Below, piece by piece: positions 1 to 7,477 of a DNA stretch of 41,785 nucleotides. Numbering within the stretch: position 1 is the stretch's first letter; every line of letters starts with the position of its first letter. Made by a program: the position numbers and the translations under genes. The notes beneath the pieces were generated by a model. It worked only from the letters and a program-made list of their open reading frames with translations. It did not search any database and had not been told where the DNA came from. This DNA is from a virus (lineage: Duplodnaviria > Caudoviricetes): IMG/VR virus record IMGVR_UViG_3300022670_000398, positions 1-41,785 of that record. One strand, given 5' to 3'.

Positions 1-144
1 TTTCGTCTTATGTTAATTTCCATTGATAAAGTCCTCTCCTAGTTCGTCGAGTGAATAACCGCGATCACCTTGAACGATGTGATTTATGATTTCATCTTTC
101 CAGCGCTCTCCGTTCAAATAGGTCGTTGGGTGCATTTCTGTAAA
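1..144. repeat. Terminal direct repeat, left copy (circular-assembly overlap)
   Basis: 1-144 is identical to 41642-41785 (tttcgtcttatg...catttctgtaaa). Confidence 0.97.
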
Positions 145-729
145 GCCAAGTTGATTAGAGTTAAGCCTTGCTTTCACATCCTCGATCAATATTTCAGTAA
201 ACTCACTCCAACCTTGATCCTTTGTTTTTTTAAGGATGTTTGAAAATAGAGATTTTGATTTTTTCTTATTAACCTTTCTTATTCCAGAATTCCAGAATAG
301 TTCAAAGCATTGGTCAATCTCTGATTGATCTAATTCTTTTACTATTGGTTTATGGTTCTTGGTTAATGGTTTATGGTTAGCATTGCCTTCGCTATGCGTT
401 CGCATTGCCTTCGCATCCCATCTTACCTTAGCTGAAAGCCGCGCCTTCTCTGACTTTGCGTTATATTTCTTGATTTGCTCTGAGCATTTTTTGTGAGTGT
501 AGCCTTTTTTGGTTAAAACAAAAAAATCATTCAACACATTTTTAAAAGCCTTTTGTTCTTCGTCTGTACGAATGCAATGCAAACGCATAAGAGTCGCATC
601 ATCTTCGCATAATGGAAACTCACTTAAGTAGTAGGTGTCGAGCAGTGATCGATAGATGCCGTGTTCTAACAAGCTTAAATGGCCTGCTGACCTTCGGTAG
701 TCACCTATATTAAATTGGTAGTAATGCAT
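13..729 (-). CDS. Replication initiator, YdaU/DUF1376 family
   Basis: N-terminus MHYYQFNIGDY...HLSLLEHGIYRSLLDTYY is typical of DUF1376; C-terminal FELFW...KKK...HPTTYLNGERWKDE initiator-type motif; start reassigned to ATG 729 (upstream AAGG RBS). Confidence 0.85.
   Translation of the reverse strand: MHYYQFNIGDYRRSAGHLSLLEHGIYRSLLDTYYLSEFPLCEDDATLMRLHCIRTDEEQKAFKNVLNDFFVLTKKGYTHKKCSEQIKKYNAKSEKARLSAKVRWDAKAMRTHSEGNANHKPLTKNHKPIVKELDQSEIDQCFELFWNSGIRKVNKKKSKSLFSNILKKTKDQGWSEFTEILIEDVKARLNSNQLGFTEMHPTTYLNGERWKDEIINHIVQGDRGYSLDELGEDFINGN
346..416. repeat. Iteron-like repeats, candidate replication origin inside the initiator gene
   Basis: Five 7-bp-period TGGTTnn units (346-380), then 11-bp-period GCATTGCCTTC/GCTATGCGTTC/GCATTGCCTTC; lambdoid origins lie within the initiator gene. 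Confidence 0.6.
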
Positions 730-830
730 ATTTAACCTTGTGTCTATTGCCTTGTTTAAGTAAAAATTCGCGGCTGGCACAAGGCAGAGGCAAGAAAAAG
801 GGATCAATCAATTCCACAGCCGCGATGAGT

Positions 831-839
831 ATTATAACA
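831..839 (-). promoter_or_regulatory. Extended -10 promoter (TGTTATAAT) for the initiator gene
   Basis: Minus strand reads gatttgTTATAATactc about 100 nt upstream of ATG 729. Confidence 0.55.
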
Positions 840-848
840 AATCCTATT

Positions 849-1055
849 TTATTTTGTAACTTCTTTCTCCGCTTGTGTAATCGAGTTAAACAGTCCAGCA
901 TATGCAGCCGAATGATATCTATAAGAATTTACTTCAGTTTTCTTAATCGGGAACCCTAAAAAGTAAGTGTATTGAAATACGACCCACGGGTGTGTGCTTG
1001 TCCATGTTGACTCGTTTACATTCTCAATAGTGGCACGATATGAGATTATTCTCAT
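849..1055 (-). CDS. Hypothetical protein
   Basis: 68-aa ORF, GGAG RBS, in line with the leftward operon. Confidence 0.65.
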   Translation of the reverse strand: MRIISYRATIENVNESTWTSTHPWVVFQYTYFLGFPIKKTEVNSYRYHSAAYAGLFNSITQAEKEVTK

Positions 1056-1059
1056 CTGT

Positions 1060-1392
1060 CTATTCTCCTTGTAATACTTTTAATAGGCATTCAGCTAGTG
1101 CGCGTTGTGGGTTTTCGTTAAAAATCTCAATTTGTGTTATAAGCTCCGCTGCGCAAAATTCTTCACCTTTAATTTGGTTGCGTTCTTTACTGTAATTCCA
1201 AAGGGTTATCCCACGCTCAACCACCAAAGGCATTAAGTCGCTCCAGTTGCCAGTGTAATTTAATATTGGTCTGCATGAGTTATTCAAACATGTCATAGTC
1301 TGACCTGTAATATCACTTAAAGGAACAAGTTGTAATTTAGAACCTTTGTGTAAAATTAAAGCAATCTTCTCATTTACGGTTAATTTATCCAT
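1060..1392 (-). CDS. NinX/DUF2591-like phage protein
   Basis: YTGNWSDLMPLVVERGITL...ENPQRALAECLLKV pattern; start ATG 1392 overlaps the upstream stop and has an AAGGAG RBS. Confidence 0.65.
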   Translation of the reverse strand: MDKLTVNEKIALILHKGSKLQLVPLSDITGQTMTCLNNSCRPILNYTGNWSDLMPLVVERGITLWNYSKERNQIKGEEFCAAELITQIEIFNENPQRALAECLLKVLQGE

Positions 1393-1549
1393 TACTTTTA
1401 AACTCCTTATTGTATAAATCAACAATTGCTTTCGCAACAACATCTTGTCGGCTCTTTATAAAAACATCTCTCTTGGTTAGCTTTTTCTCTAACTTATCAA
1501 CCATTTTGCTAACCATTGGTGTGACTCTTACTTGCTTTGGTATGCTCAT
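1385..1549 (-). CDS. Small ribbon-helix-helix (Arc/MetJ-like) DNA-binding protein, not in ORF track
   Basis: 54 aa MSIPKQVRVTPMVSKMVDKLEKKLTKRDVFIKSRQDVVAKAIVDLYNKEFKSNG; beta strand plus two helices; AGGA RBS; first gene after the leftward promoter. Confidence 0.7.
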   Translation of the reverse strand: MSIPKQVRVTPMVSKMVDKLEKKLTKRDVFIKSRQDVVAKAIVDLYNKEFKSNG

Positions 1550-1578
1550 TTTTAATTCCTATGTTTTGGATTTGACTA

Positions 1579-1606
1579 ACAATACCACAGCGACAGAAAT
1601 AGTCAA
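1579..1606 (-). promoter_or_regulatory. Leftward sigma70-type promoter
   Basis: TTGACT-16 nt-TATTGT with an extended-10 TG on the minus strand. Confidence 0.65.
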
Positions 1607-1624
1607 TATAAATAACAAAACATG

Positions 1625-1653
1625 TTGACAGTCTGTTTTTATAGGAGTACATT
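1625..1653 (+). promoter_or_regulatory. Rightward sigma70-type early promoter
   Basis: TTGACA (1625-1630)-17 nt-TACATT (1648-1653), with AT-rich upstream sequence. Confidence 0.75.
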
Positions 1654-1693
1654 TAATTCCTGCAAATAATTTCAATCAACCAAAGGTAAGAAG

Positions 1694-1921
1694 ATGAACG
1701 GTAAAAAAGCAAAACAACTTAGAAGGCAAGCTGAGAAATTATCAATAGGTATGCCAAGCGTTGCTTATAGAAAGTACAACCCAGCGCCTCCTAGCCTTGT
1801 TAGAAACCCAAAATCAACTGGACTAAACGATAAATTCTTAAGAGTTGGCGACTGGAGACCGATCGTTATGTTGCACGCTTGCACACGTAATATTTATAAA
1901 CTGTTAAAAAACAGCCTGTAA
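1694..1921 (+). CDS. Hypothetical basic early protein
   Basis: 75 aa, MNGKKAKQLRR start, AAGG RBS. Confidence 0.75.
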   Translation: MNGKKAKQLRRQAEKLSIGMPSVAYRKYNPAPPSLVRNPKSTGLNDKFLRVGDWRPIVMLHACTRNIYKLLKNSL

Positions 1922-1925
1922 GATT

Positions 1926-2033
1926 ATGAAAATAAACAAACAAACCGTACAAGACGTCATTTTAGGCGCACTTGCCTTAGCCGCCATATGCTTCATAGTG
2001 CTGGATTTAGCCAAAATTCATGGGTTAAGTTAA
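1926..2033 (+). CDS. Small single-TM protein, not in ORF track
   Basis: 35 aa MKINKQTVQDVILGALALAAICFIVLDLAKIHGLS; stop overlaps the next ATG. Confidence 0.5.
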   Translation: MKINKQTVQDVILGALALAAICFIVLDLAKIHGLS

Positions 2034-2134
2034 TGAAAAAGTTAAACCTAAAAGAAAGATTCTTAGTTTTAGCCTGGCTTTGTGGATTTGCCACAGCGTT
2101 TGCATTAATTAAAATTATTGGTGTGTGTTTATGA
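2033..2134 (+). CDS. Small single-TM protein, not in ORF track
   Basis: 33 aa MKKLNLKERFLVLAWLCGFATAFALIKIIGVCL; TAATG and ATGA coupling at both ends. Confidence 0.55.
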   Translation: MKKLNLKERFLVLAWLCGFATAFALIKIIGVCL

Positions 2135-3096
2135 GCGACGTAGATTTAAATAAACTTCAAAAGCAATTAAATGATCCATTCCCTGAAAGCGATATTGAAT
2201 GGAGAGTTCAACAAAGCGGAATGGCGCAAAAACCCTGGGCTATGGTTATACCTTATGTTACTAATCGAGCTATCACACAAAGATTAGATGATGTATTTGG
2301 CTTTATGTTTTGGGAGGATGTTTACCGGGAAACTCCACGCGGTATGCTTTGCGGGATTACTGTCCACTGTAATGGACGAAGTGTCACTAAATGGGATGGC
2401 GCAGAAATACCAAGAGCTTTAACCGACGAAGAAATAAAAAACGGTAAAAAACAAACTATAGACCCAGTTAAAACCGTACTTTCAAATTCAGAAAAGAGAG
2501 CTGCTGTGAAATTCGGTATAGGCCGTTATTTATATAATCTAGAAACCGCTTTTGCTAATTGTAAGGTTCTTGGTAGTCGCAGTGAGTGTTCTGAATATGG
2601 TAAATACATGAAAATAAAGCAGAGTGGTGGCGTTGTAATTCATGTGGAATGGATACCACCACCACTAGAATCATGGGCTTTACCTTCTGTCGAGTTCGAT
2701 TCATTGCTGGAAAAAATAACCAAAGCAACAGATATAATTATAATGAAAGGTGCTTACATTACCGCTTACAAATACGCCAGCTCTTTTAGTCGTGGTGATT
2801 TGGTTAAAAAAGCCGTTGAAGTAAAAGACGCTAAAAAAATAGAGCTGGAAAAGCAATCAAAAAAAGAAAACAACCAAGAAGAGAAAAAAATCCGTGAATG
2901 GCTTGAGCTCCAGGTCACAGACGAGATATTCAGCGCCAAAAATGAATCAGTGTTAAAACTCGCTAAAGTTAGAATCTCTAAGGGTTTAAAGGAAAAATCA
3001 TTAAACCATGATGTCGATATTATGGAAATGATGAAGGTTCTAGAAAATTACTACCAAAAACATTTAACTAAAATAAACAACGGAGAAAGATTATGA
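2131..3096 (+). CDS. Rad52/Rad22-family (Sak) single-strand annealing protein
   Basis: PFPESDIEWRVQQ, YVTNRAITQRLDDVFG and KRAAVKFGIGRYLYNL motifs; helical C-terminal extension. Confidence 0.9.
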   Translation: MSDVDLNKLQKQLNDPFPESDIEWRVQQSGMAQKPWAMVIPYVTNRAITQRLDDVFGFMFWEDVYRETPRGMLCGITVHCNGRSVTKWDGAEIPRALTDEEIKNGKKQTIDPVKTVLSNSEKRAAVKFGIGRYLYNLETAFANCKVLGSRSECSEYGKYMKIKQSGGVVIHVEWIPPPLESWALPSVEFDSLLEKITKATDIIIMKGAYITAYKYASSFSRGDLVKKAVEVKDAKKIELEKQSKKENNQEEKKIREWLELQVTDEIFSAKNESVLKLAKVRISKGLKEKSLNHDVDIMEMMKVLENYYQKHLTKINNGERL

Positions 3097-4250
3097 ATCA
3101 GATTGTAAAACAAGTGTATGCCAATGAAATGACCGAAAAAGGTTTAGCTGAATTAAGGCAGAAATACCCTGAAGATTTAAAGCTTGAGATAAGTGATGAT
3201 AATGTCTTTAAAGCTGCTAGAAAGACTCGAACCGAAAAAAACAAACTGGTCGAAGCGCTTAACCGCCGACGCTTGGATGTTACTGGTGAGATCAAAAAGT
3301 ATGGCGATAGTCTAATCGAGCAAATCGAAAGTATTTATGACGTGGTTGTTCTCCCATTTGAAAAGGAAGATAAAGTCCGGAAAGATAAAGCGGCTGAAGA
3401 AGCTAGAAAGCTTGAGGAATTACTCAATAAAGAAAGGGCTCAAATCAAAGAAATTCACGGATTTGTCGATATGTGCCGAGGTGAGGACTCTAAGTTCATC
3501 CAAGGAAAAATTGAAGCGGTCGATTTAATTGAAACCGATATCTTTCATAAGGATGTTATTCATGAAGCGATTGAGGCTAAAAAACAAACCTTGGTTGATT
3601 TATCTCAATTATTAAGTGATACCATCATCCGTGAAAAGGTTGAAGTTGAGCGGGAAGAGTTAAGAGTTAAGCAAGCTGAAGCCGATGAAAAACTCCGAAA
3701 AGCAGCGGCAGACCACAAAATAACCGACCGCATTAACGCTTTGAGAATGAAGCCTACTGATTTTATTGGCAAATCAAGTACAGTAGTCAACGCTCAAATT
3801 GTTTCACTATCCCGTTTTATGGTCACTAAAGAAGAGTTCGGCGATAGAATGTCTGAGGTTAATACAGTGGTAGAGCTCGTTATCAGCCAATTAGAACTCA
3901 TACGCACTCAAGCCGAGCAAATGGAATATATTGATAAGGTTGAAGCCGATAAAAAAGCTGAGTTGGAAAAGGTTGAATTGCCGGTTGAAGATTCGGAACC
4001 AGAACCTTCTGGTATGCTGTGCGGTACTTATGAAAAAGAGCCTGTTGATGATGTTCCTATTGAACAAACGGAAGATGCGCCAATACTAAATAGCCATGTA
4101 AGTAATATTAAAGGTTTTTTGGAGTGGTCTTCTTCAGACAGAGACTCAATAGAGGATTTTGGTCACCTGTTAATTTCTGACGATCCAAATCATAACGCTG
4201 AAGCTTTGGATAGTATTAGAGAAAACTTTAAAACTTATTGCGAAGATTAG
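3093..4250 (+). CDS. Coiled-coil recombination-associated protein (DUF1351-like)
   Basis: Long E/K-rich helices (ARKTRTEKNKLVEALNRRRLDV), coupled to the Sak gene. Confidence 0.6.
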   Translation: MNQIVKQVYANEMTEKGLAELRQKYPEDLKLEISDDNVFKAARKTRTEKNKLVEALNRRRLDVTGEIKKYGDSLIEQIESIYDVVVLPFEKEDKVRKDKAAEEARKLEELLNKERAQIKEIHGFVDMCRGEDSKFIQGKIEAVDLIETDIFHKDVIHEAIEAKKQTLVDLSQLLSDTIIREKVEVEREELRVKQAEADEKLRKAAADHKITDRINALRMKPTDFIGKSSTVVNAQIVSLSRFMVTKEEFGDRMSEVNTVVELVISQLELIRTQAEQMEYIDKVEADKKAELEKVELPVEDSEPEPSGMLCGTYEKEPVDDVPIEQTEDAPILNSHVSNIKGFLEWSSSDRDSIEDFGHLLISDDPNHNAEALDSIRENFKTYCED

Positions 4251-4307
4251 TTTTTAACAATGGTCTGCTGGTCAGGCCATGATTAAACCAACCGACAGGA
4301 AAATATA

Positions 4308-4709
4308 ATGAAAATAGAAGGTGAGATGATTAAGTCAAGAAATAAGCACGGGTTACCTTTGCCAAGGTTAGAGTTTAACTGGTCAAAAAAAGATGATAGC
4401 TGGGAATTTAGAATTTGTGATTACTATTTAGTTTTACCTTTAGGCACTTATGATATTCGCGCTGAAGGGGATGATGAAGACGGTGAGCATCACTTTGGAT
4501 TTTATAATGAATTTAAAGTGTTAATCGGAAAAACAAAAGTTGAAGGCGGAAATGATGATCCGCCAATACACGATGGTAAAGTGGATACTCCTTTCAGAGA
4601 CACTGCACACATTCAATATGATAACCGGTCACTTGGCGGTCACCTTCCAATGTATGCGGTATGTGAAAATGAAGTAACTAAACTAAAAATGACGATTAAC
4701 GGAGAATAA
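4308..4709 (+). CDS. Hypothetical protein
   Basis: 133-aa ORF with AGGA RBS. Confidence 0.75.
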   Translation: MKIEGEMIKSRNKHGLPLPRLEFNWSKKDDSWEFRICDYYLVLPLGTYDIRAEGDDEDGEHHFGFYNEFKVLIGKTKVEGGNDDPPIHDGKVDTPFRDTAHIQYDNRSLGGHLPMYAVCENEVTKLKMTINGE

Positions 4710-4711
4710 CA

Positions 4712-5068
4712 ATGAAAAGCAAATTAATCACGATAGCAAAATATCTCACTGATCAATATGAATCAAAAAAGCATGGTGGTTATGAGGTTTATGAGGACGA
4801 TAAGATTAAGATAATGTATGACACTTACTACCCAAATGTTCAGGTTAACGTAAAGATTGACGATAAAAGCACGTTAGCAGCTATTTATAGTGGACATGGG
4901 CACACCCAAGAATTTCACGGTGGGGCATGGGAAAAGTACGTTTCTGATACCCTTTATCCAGCCGCTTTAATTGCAAAAGAAAAGTATCTAGAATTGCAAG
5001 AACAAAGAAAAAATAAAGAAATAAAGAAAAAATCAGCAAGATTAAATGATTCTCTTGTATTTAATTAA
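4712..5068 (+). CDS. Hypothetical protein
   Basis: 118-aa ORF with GGAG RBS. Confidence 0.75.
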   Translation: MKSKLITIAKYLTDQYESKKHGGYEVYEDDKIKIMYDTYYPNVQVNVKIDDKSTLAAIYSGHGHTQEFHGGAWEKYVSDTLYPAALIAKEKYLELQEQRKNKEIKKKSARLNDSLVFN

Positions 5069-5085
5069 ATCACAATAGACTAACA

Positions 5086-5187
5086 AAGGCTCTTAATTGA
5101 GCCTTGAGTGGTGCCAGGGTTTGTTTTTGTTCTCTGGCGGTTAAATGGCTAGGGCCGGGATAATATCTCGCTAATGAGGCCCTAGCC
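5086..5187 (+). other. Intergenic triple stem-loop (candidate structured RNA)
   Basis: AAGGCTC/GAGCCTT, GCCAGGG/CTCTGGC and GGCTAGGGCC/GGCCCTAGCC; GC-rich in an AT-rich genome. Confidence 0.5.
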
Positions 5188-5204
5188 CACTAATTGAGGT
5201 TAAT

Positions 5205-5330
5205 ATGACACAATCAAACAAGCAAAGAACCAAAGAATTAAACAGTGCTAATAAAAAATGGGTTGATGCCGAAAATACCAAAAAATTTAAGACGTTTTTA
5301 GATGGTCACGTTAAAGCTATAAGGGGTTAA
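5205..5330 (+). CDS. Small hypothetical protein, not in ORF track
   Basis: 41 aa MTQSNKQRTKELNSANKKWVDAENTKKFKTFLDGHVKAIRG; GAGGT RBS. Confidence 0.6.
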   Translation: MTQSNKQRTKELNSANKKWVDAENTKKFKTFLDGHVKAIRG

Positions 5331-5332
5331 TA

Positions 5333-5587
5333 ATGAAAATAAATATGGATGGACTGAGACGAAATCTAACAAGAGAGTTTACAGAGCTTTCAGAAATGAT
5401 TGAATCGATATCTGCTGATATTAAAAACGATAACGTCTACCGTCTAGGCGAGCGGCTTAATGATCTGATAGAACAGCATGATCAAGTAGCTCAGAATATT
5501 GGTATTTTAAACTGTGTTTATGGAGACGACGATGAAGGATTCACCGATCAATCTCAAATTCTAAAAGTCCGATTTTTGCTTGAATAA
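5333..5587 (+). CDS. Hypothetical protein
   Basis: 84-aa helical ORF with RBS. Confidence 0.7.
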   Translation: MKINMDGLRRNLTREFTELSEMIESISADIKNDNVYRLGERLNDLIEQHDQVAQNIGILNCVYGDDDEGFTDQSQILKVRFLLE

Positions 5588-5601
5588 CAAAGGTAATAGA
5601 T

Positions 5602-5862
5602 ATGAAAGTATTTCAAATGAATGAATGCGACTGGTATATGGCAGAATCAGCCGAAGAAGCGCGTATTGGGTATGATCGTGACTATGATCCTGGTGATGAT
5701 TCAGAAAACCAGCCAAGAGAACTGGAAGAATACGAAATGCAAAGCCTAATGTTTACTGATGAAGATGGAGCCGATTTGCCCCGCAGTTTTGCGGAAGAGT
5801 TGAAGATCCGACTTTCAAAAGAAAACGTCAAGCATGGCATTTTTGCTAGCACAGAATATTAA
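5602..5862 (+). CDS. Hypothetical acidic phage protein
   Basis: MKVFQMNECDWYMAES...FASTEY; AAGGT RBS. Confidence 0.75.
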   Translation: MKVFQMNECDWYMAESAEEARIGYDRDYDPGDDSENQPRELEEYEMQSLMFTDEDGADLPRSFAEELKIRLSKENVKHGIFASTEY

Positions 5863-5881
5863 CCACTAAAGGTAAATAACA

Positions 5882-6328
5882 ATGAGTAACAAGGTTGCAG
5901 ATAAAATATCTAATTATTTCGAGATGGTAGAAAAGTCCAACCAGTTAATGGGTAAAGCAAACGATATTCTTTCGGGAGGACCAAAGAGTTTTTATTTTGA
6001 GCGTTTGAGGGAATATGCAGAAGCTTTATTTGAAAAATACGCACCCTTCAAAGAAGGCGATAGAGTTGAAATATCAGCCGAAATAGACACAGATAATGGT
6101 TGGTTCCATCATTCTCATTTTTTAAAAGAGGGGGAACAAGGCTTAGTTATGGAGGTTGATTACTACAAGAATAAATTTTTCGTAACAGTTGTCTTTGATA
6201 ATACGTCGTGGATATCCTCTACAGGCCCCGATAAAGGAAAAATAAACCCCATTCCATTCAAAGAGAGAGGCGGGTTTTGTATTGGAGAAGATAAGCTAAC
6301 GCTAATTAAACAGCCTGATTTGAGCTAA
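5882..6328 (+). CDS. Hypothetical protein (SH3/KOW-like PFKEGDRV motif)
   Basis: 148-aa ORF, AAGGT RBS. Confidence 0.7.
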   Translation: MSNKVADKISNYFEMVEKSNQLMGKANDILSGGPKSFYFERLREYAEALFEKYAPFKEGDRVEISAEIDTDNGWFHHSHFLKEGEQGLVMEVDYYKNKFFVTVVFDNTSWISSTGPDKGKINPIPFKERGGFCIGEDKLTLIKQPDLS

Positions 6329-6348
6329 TCACTCTAATAAGGTAAAAT
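6320..6348 (+). promoter_or_regulatory. Putative promoter for the peptide/membrane/lysis module
   Basis: TTGAGC-17 nt-TAAAAT. Confidence 0.5.
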
Positions 6349-6391
6349 ACCAACTCAACTAACCCAAGGTTCTTAAAATGAAGCAAAGGCA

Positions 6392-6550
6392 ATGTGCAAA
6401 CTCACTGTTTATCATAAGCGGTGGATCATCAAGAAAGGCGATAAAACCGTTCTTCTTGGCATTGGTACACCATCCGAAGCAATAGCAATCGCTAAGGCTA
6501 ACGATGTGGTATTGACTGAATTTGAGGACTTAAACGAGAGAGTAGCATAA
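6392..6550 (+). CDS. Small hypothetical protein, not in ORF track
   Basis: 52 aa MCKLTVYHKRWIIKKGDKTVLLGIGTPSEAIAIAKANDVVLTEFEDLNERVA; TAATG-coupled to the next ORF. Confidence 0.6.
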   Translation: MCKLTVYHKRWIIKKGDKTVLLGIGTPSEAIAIAKANDVVLTEFEDLNERVA

Positions 6551-6660
6551 TGTCAGATCATAAAGACGATCAAGATGAGAAAAAAGACGATAAAAAACCC
6601 AAACCTCAACCACAAGGTGGTAATGATGGAAGCTCTGATCCACCACCCAAGCCAAACTAA
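6550..6660 (+). CDS. 36-aa acidic/Pro-Gly-rich peptide, not in ORF track
   Basis: MSDHKDDQDEKKDDKKPKPQPQGGNDGSSDPPPKPN; TAATG overlaps at both ends. Confidence 0.7.
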   Translation: MSDHKDDQDEKKDDKKPKPQPQGGNDGSSDPPPKPN

Positions 6661-7142
6661 TGTTTGGTTATTTCTGTATAGTAATTTGTTTTATGTTGGC
6701 CCGAAATTCTCGTCCAGAGTATCGGGTCATTGCTTATTTATTGCTTATTGAATTTATAGCACATAAAGCAGCCTATGTTTTAGGCGATCAATTAACTTCT
6801 ATTTTGCGAGGCTCCCCGCTTTACTTAACCTATATAATTATAGAGTTAGTCGCAATTATTTATCTCAGACTCGTTATATCTCATTTTGTGATTATGACAT
6901 TAGTTTTTATTTCTTTAGTGTATAATGGCTTAATTGTGTCGCAATATTCTTATCCTATTTACGATTATGCAGAATTTTACAGTATATTAATGGGTATTGT
7001 GATGATTGCTGAGTTGATATATTTAGGGATGTTGACAGCTTATGTGGCAAATTTTCGCAGAAAACAAGGATTTATTAGCGCTAGCCATATCGATAGGCTG
7101 TTCTTTATACGGCGCAGGAATGCTGCATGGGGTTTATCGTGA
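6660..7142 (+). CDS. Multi-pass membrane protein (about 5 TM helices) with basic C-terminal tail
   Basis: Hydrophobic segments containing Glu/His/Asn; coupled to the peptide upstream and to the lysis-associated gene downstream. Confidence 0.8.
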   Translation: MFGYFCIVICFMLARNSRPEYRVIAYLLLIEFIAHKAAYVLGDQLTSILRGSPLYLTYIIIELVAIIYLRLVISHFVIMTLVFISLVYNGLIVSQYSYPIYDYAEFYSILMGIVMIAELIYLGMLTAYVANFRRKQGFISASHIDRLFFIRRRNAAWGLS

Positions 7143-7477
7143 AAGAAGAAGTAATCAAAAGGCCAGAATTCGCTCTCTATATGAAAATGAATGCAGAGAG
7201 CAACAGGACAACTGCTAAAGCTGTAACCGCCATCCAAAAGCAGGGCCAAGAAACCTTAAACGTACTGAAAGAATATACCATCCACAACAATCATAAACAC
7301 GATGAAACGAATAAACGTGTAACGCACCAGGGCGAAGAAATTACCGTTTTAAAAGAGGTTGTTGCAGCAAATGAGAAAATAACAAGCTTTTGGAATACGG
7401 TATTCAAATATTTGAAATATATTGTAATTGGTGGATTAACGGTTTTCGGCGGAATTCTTGTTAAAGGATGGTTATGA
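7139..7477 (+). CDS. Coiled-coil protein with C-terminal TM, lysis-associated (holin/antiholin-like)
   Basis: C-terminal YIVIGGLTVFGGILV helix; immediately before the endolysin; GTG 7139 start overlaps the upstream TGA (track start 7127). Confidence 0.6.
   Translation: MKEEVIKRPEFALYMKMNAESNRTTAKAVTAIQKQGQETLNVLKEYTIHNNHKHDETNKRVTHQGEEITVLKEVVAANEKITSFWNTVFKYLKYIVIGGLTVFGGILVKGWL

Noticed and set aside
1-144. Biological direct terminal repeat or att site
   Set aside because: It falls inside coding sequence that reads through the junction, which is best explained as assembler overlap; no integrase was recognised.
710-1628. Track ORFs 710-901, 738-959 and 1410-1628
   Set aside because: They overlap better-supported genes, promoters and the initiator leader; 1410-1628 is antisense to the RHH gene.
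5100-5118. Similarity of GCCTTGAGTGGTGCCAG to the initiator leader GCCTTGTGCCAG as an antisense pair
   Set aside because: The match is short and gapped, and it has the same sense in the expected transcripts, so it is probably chance.
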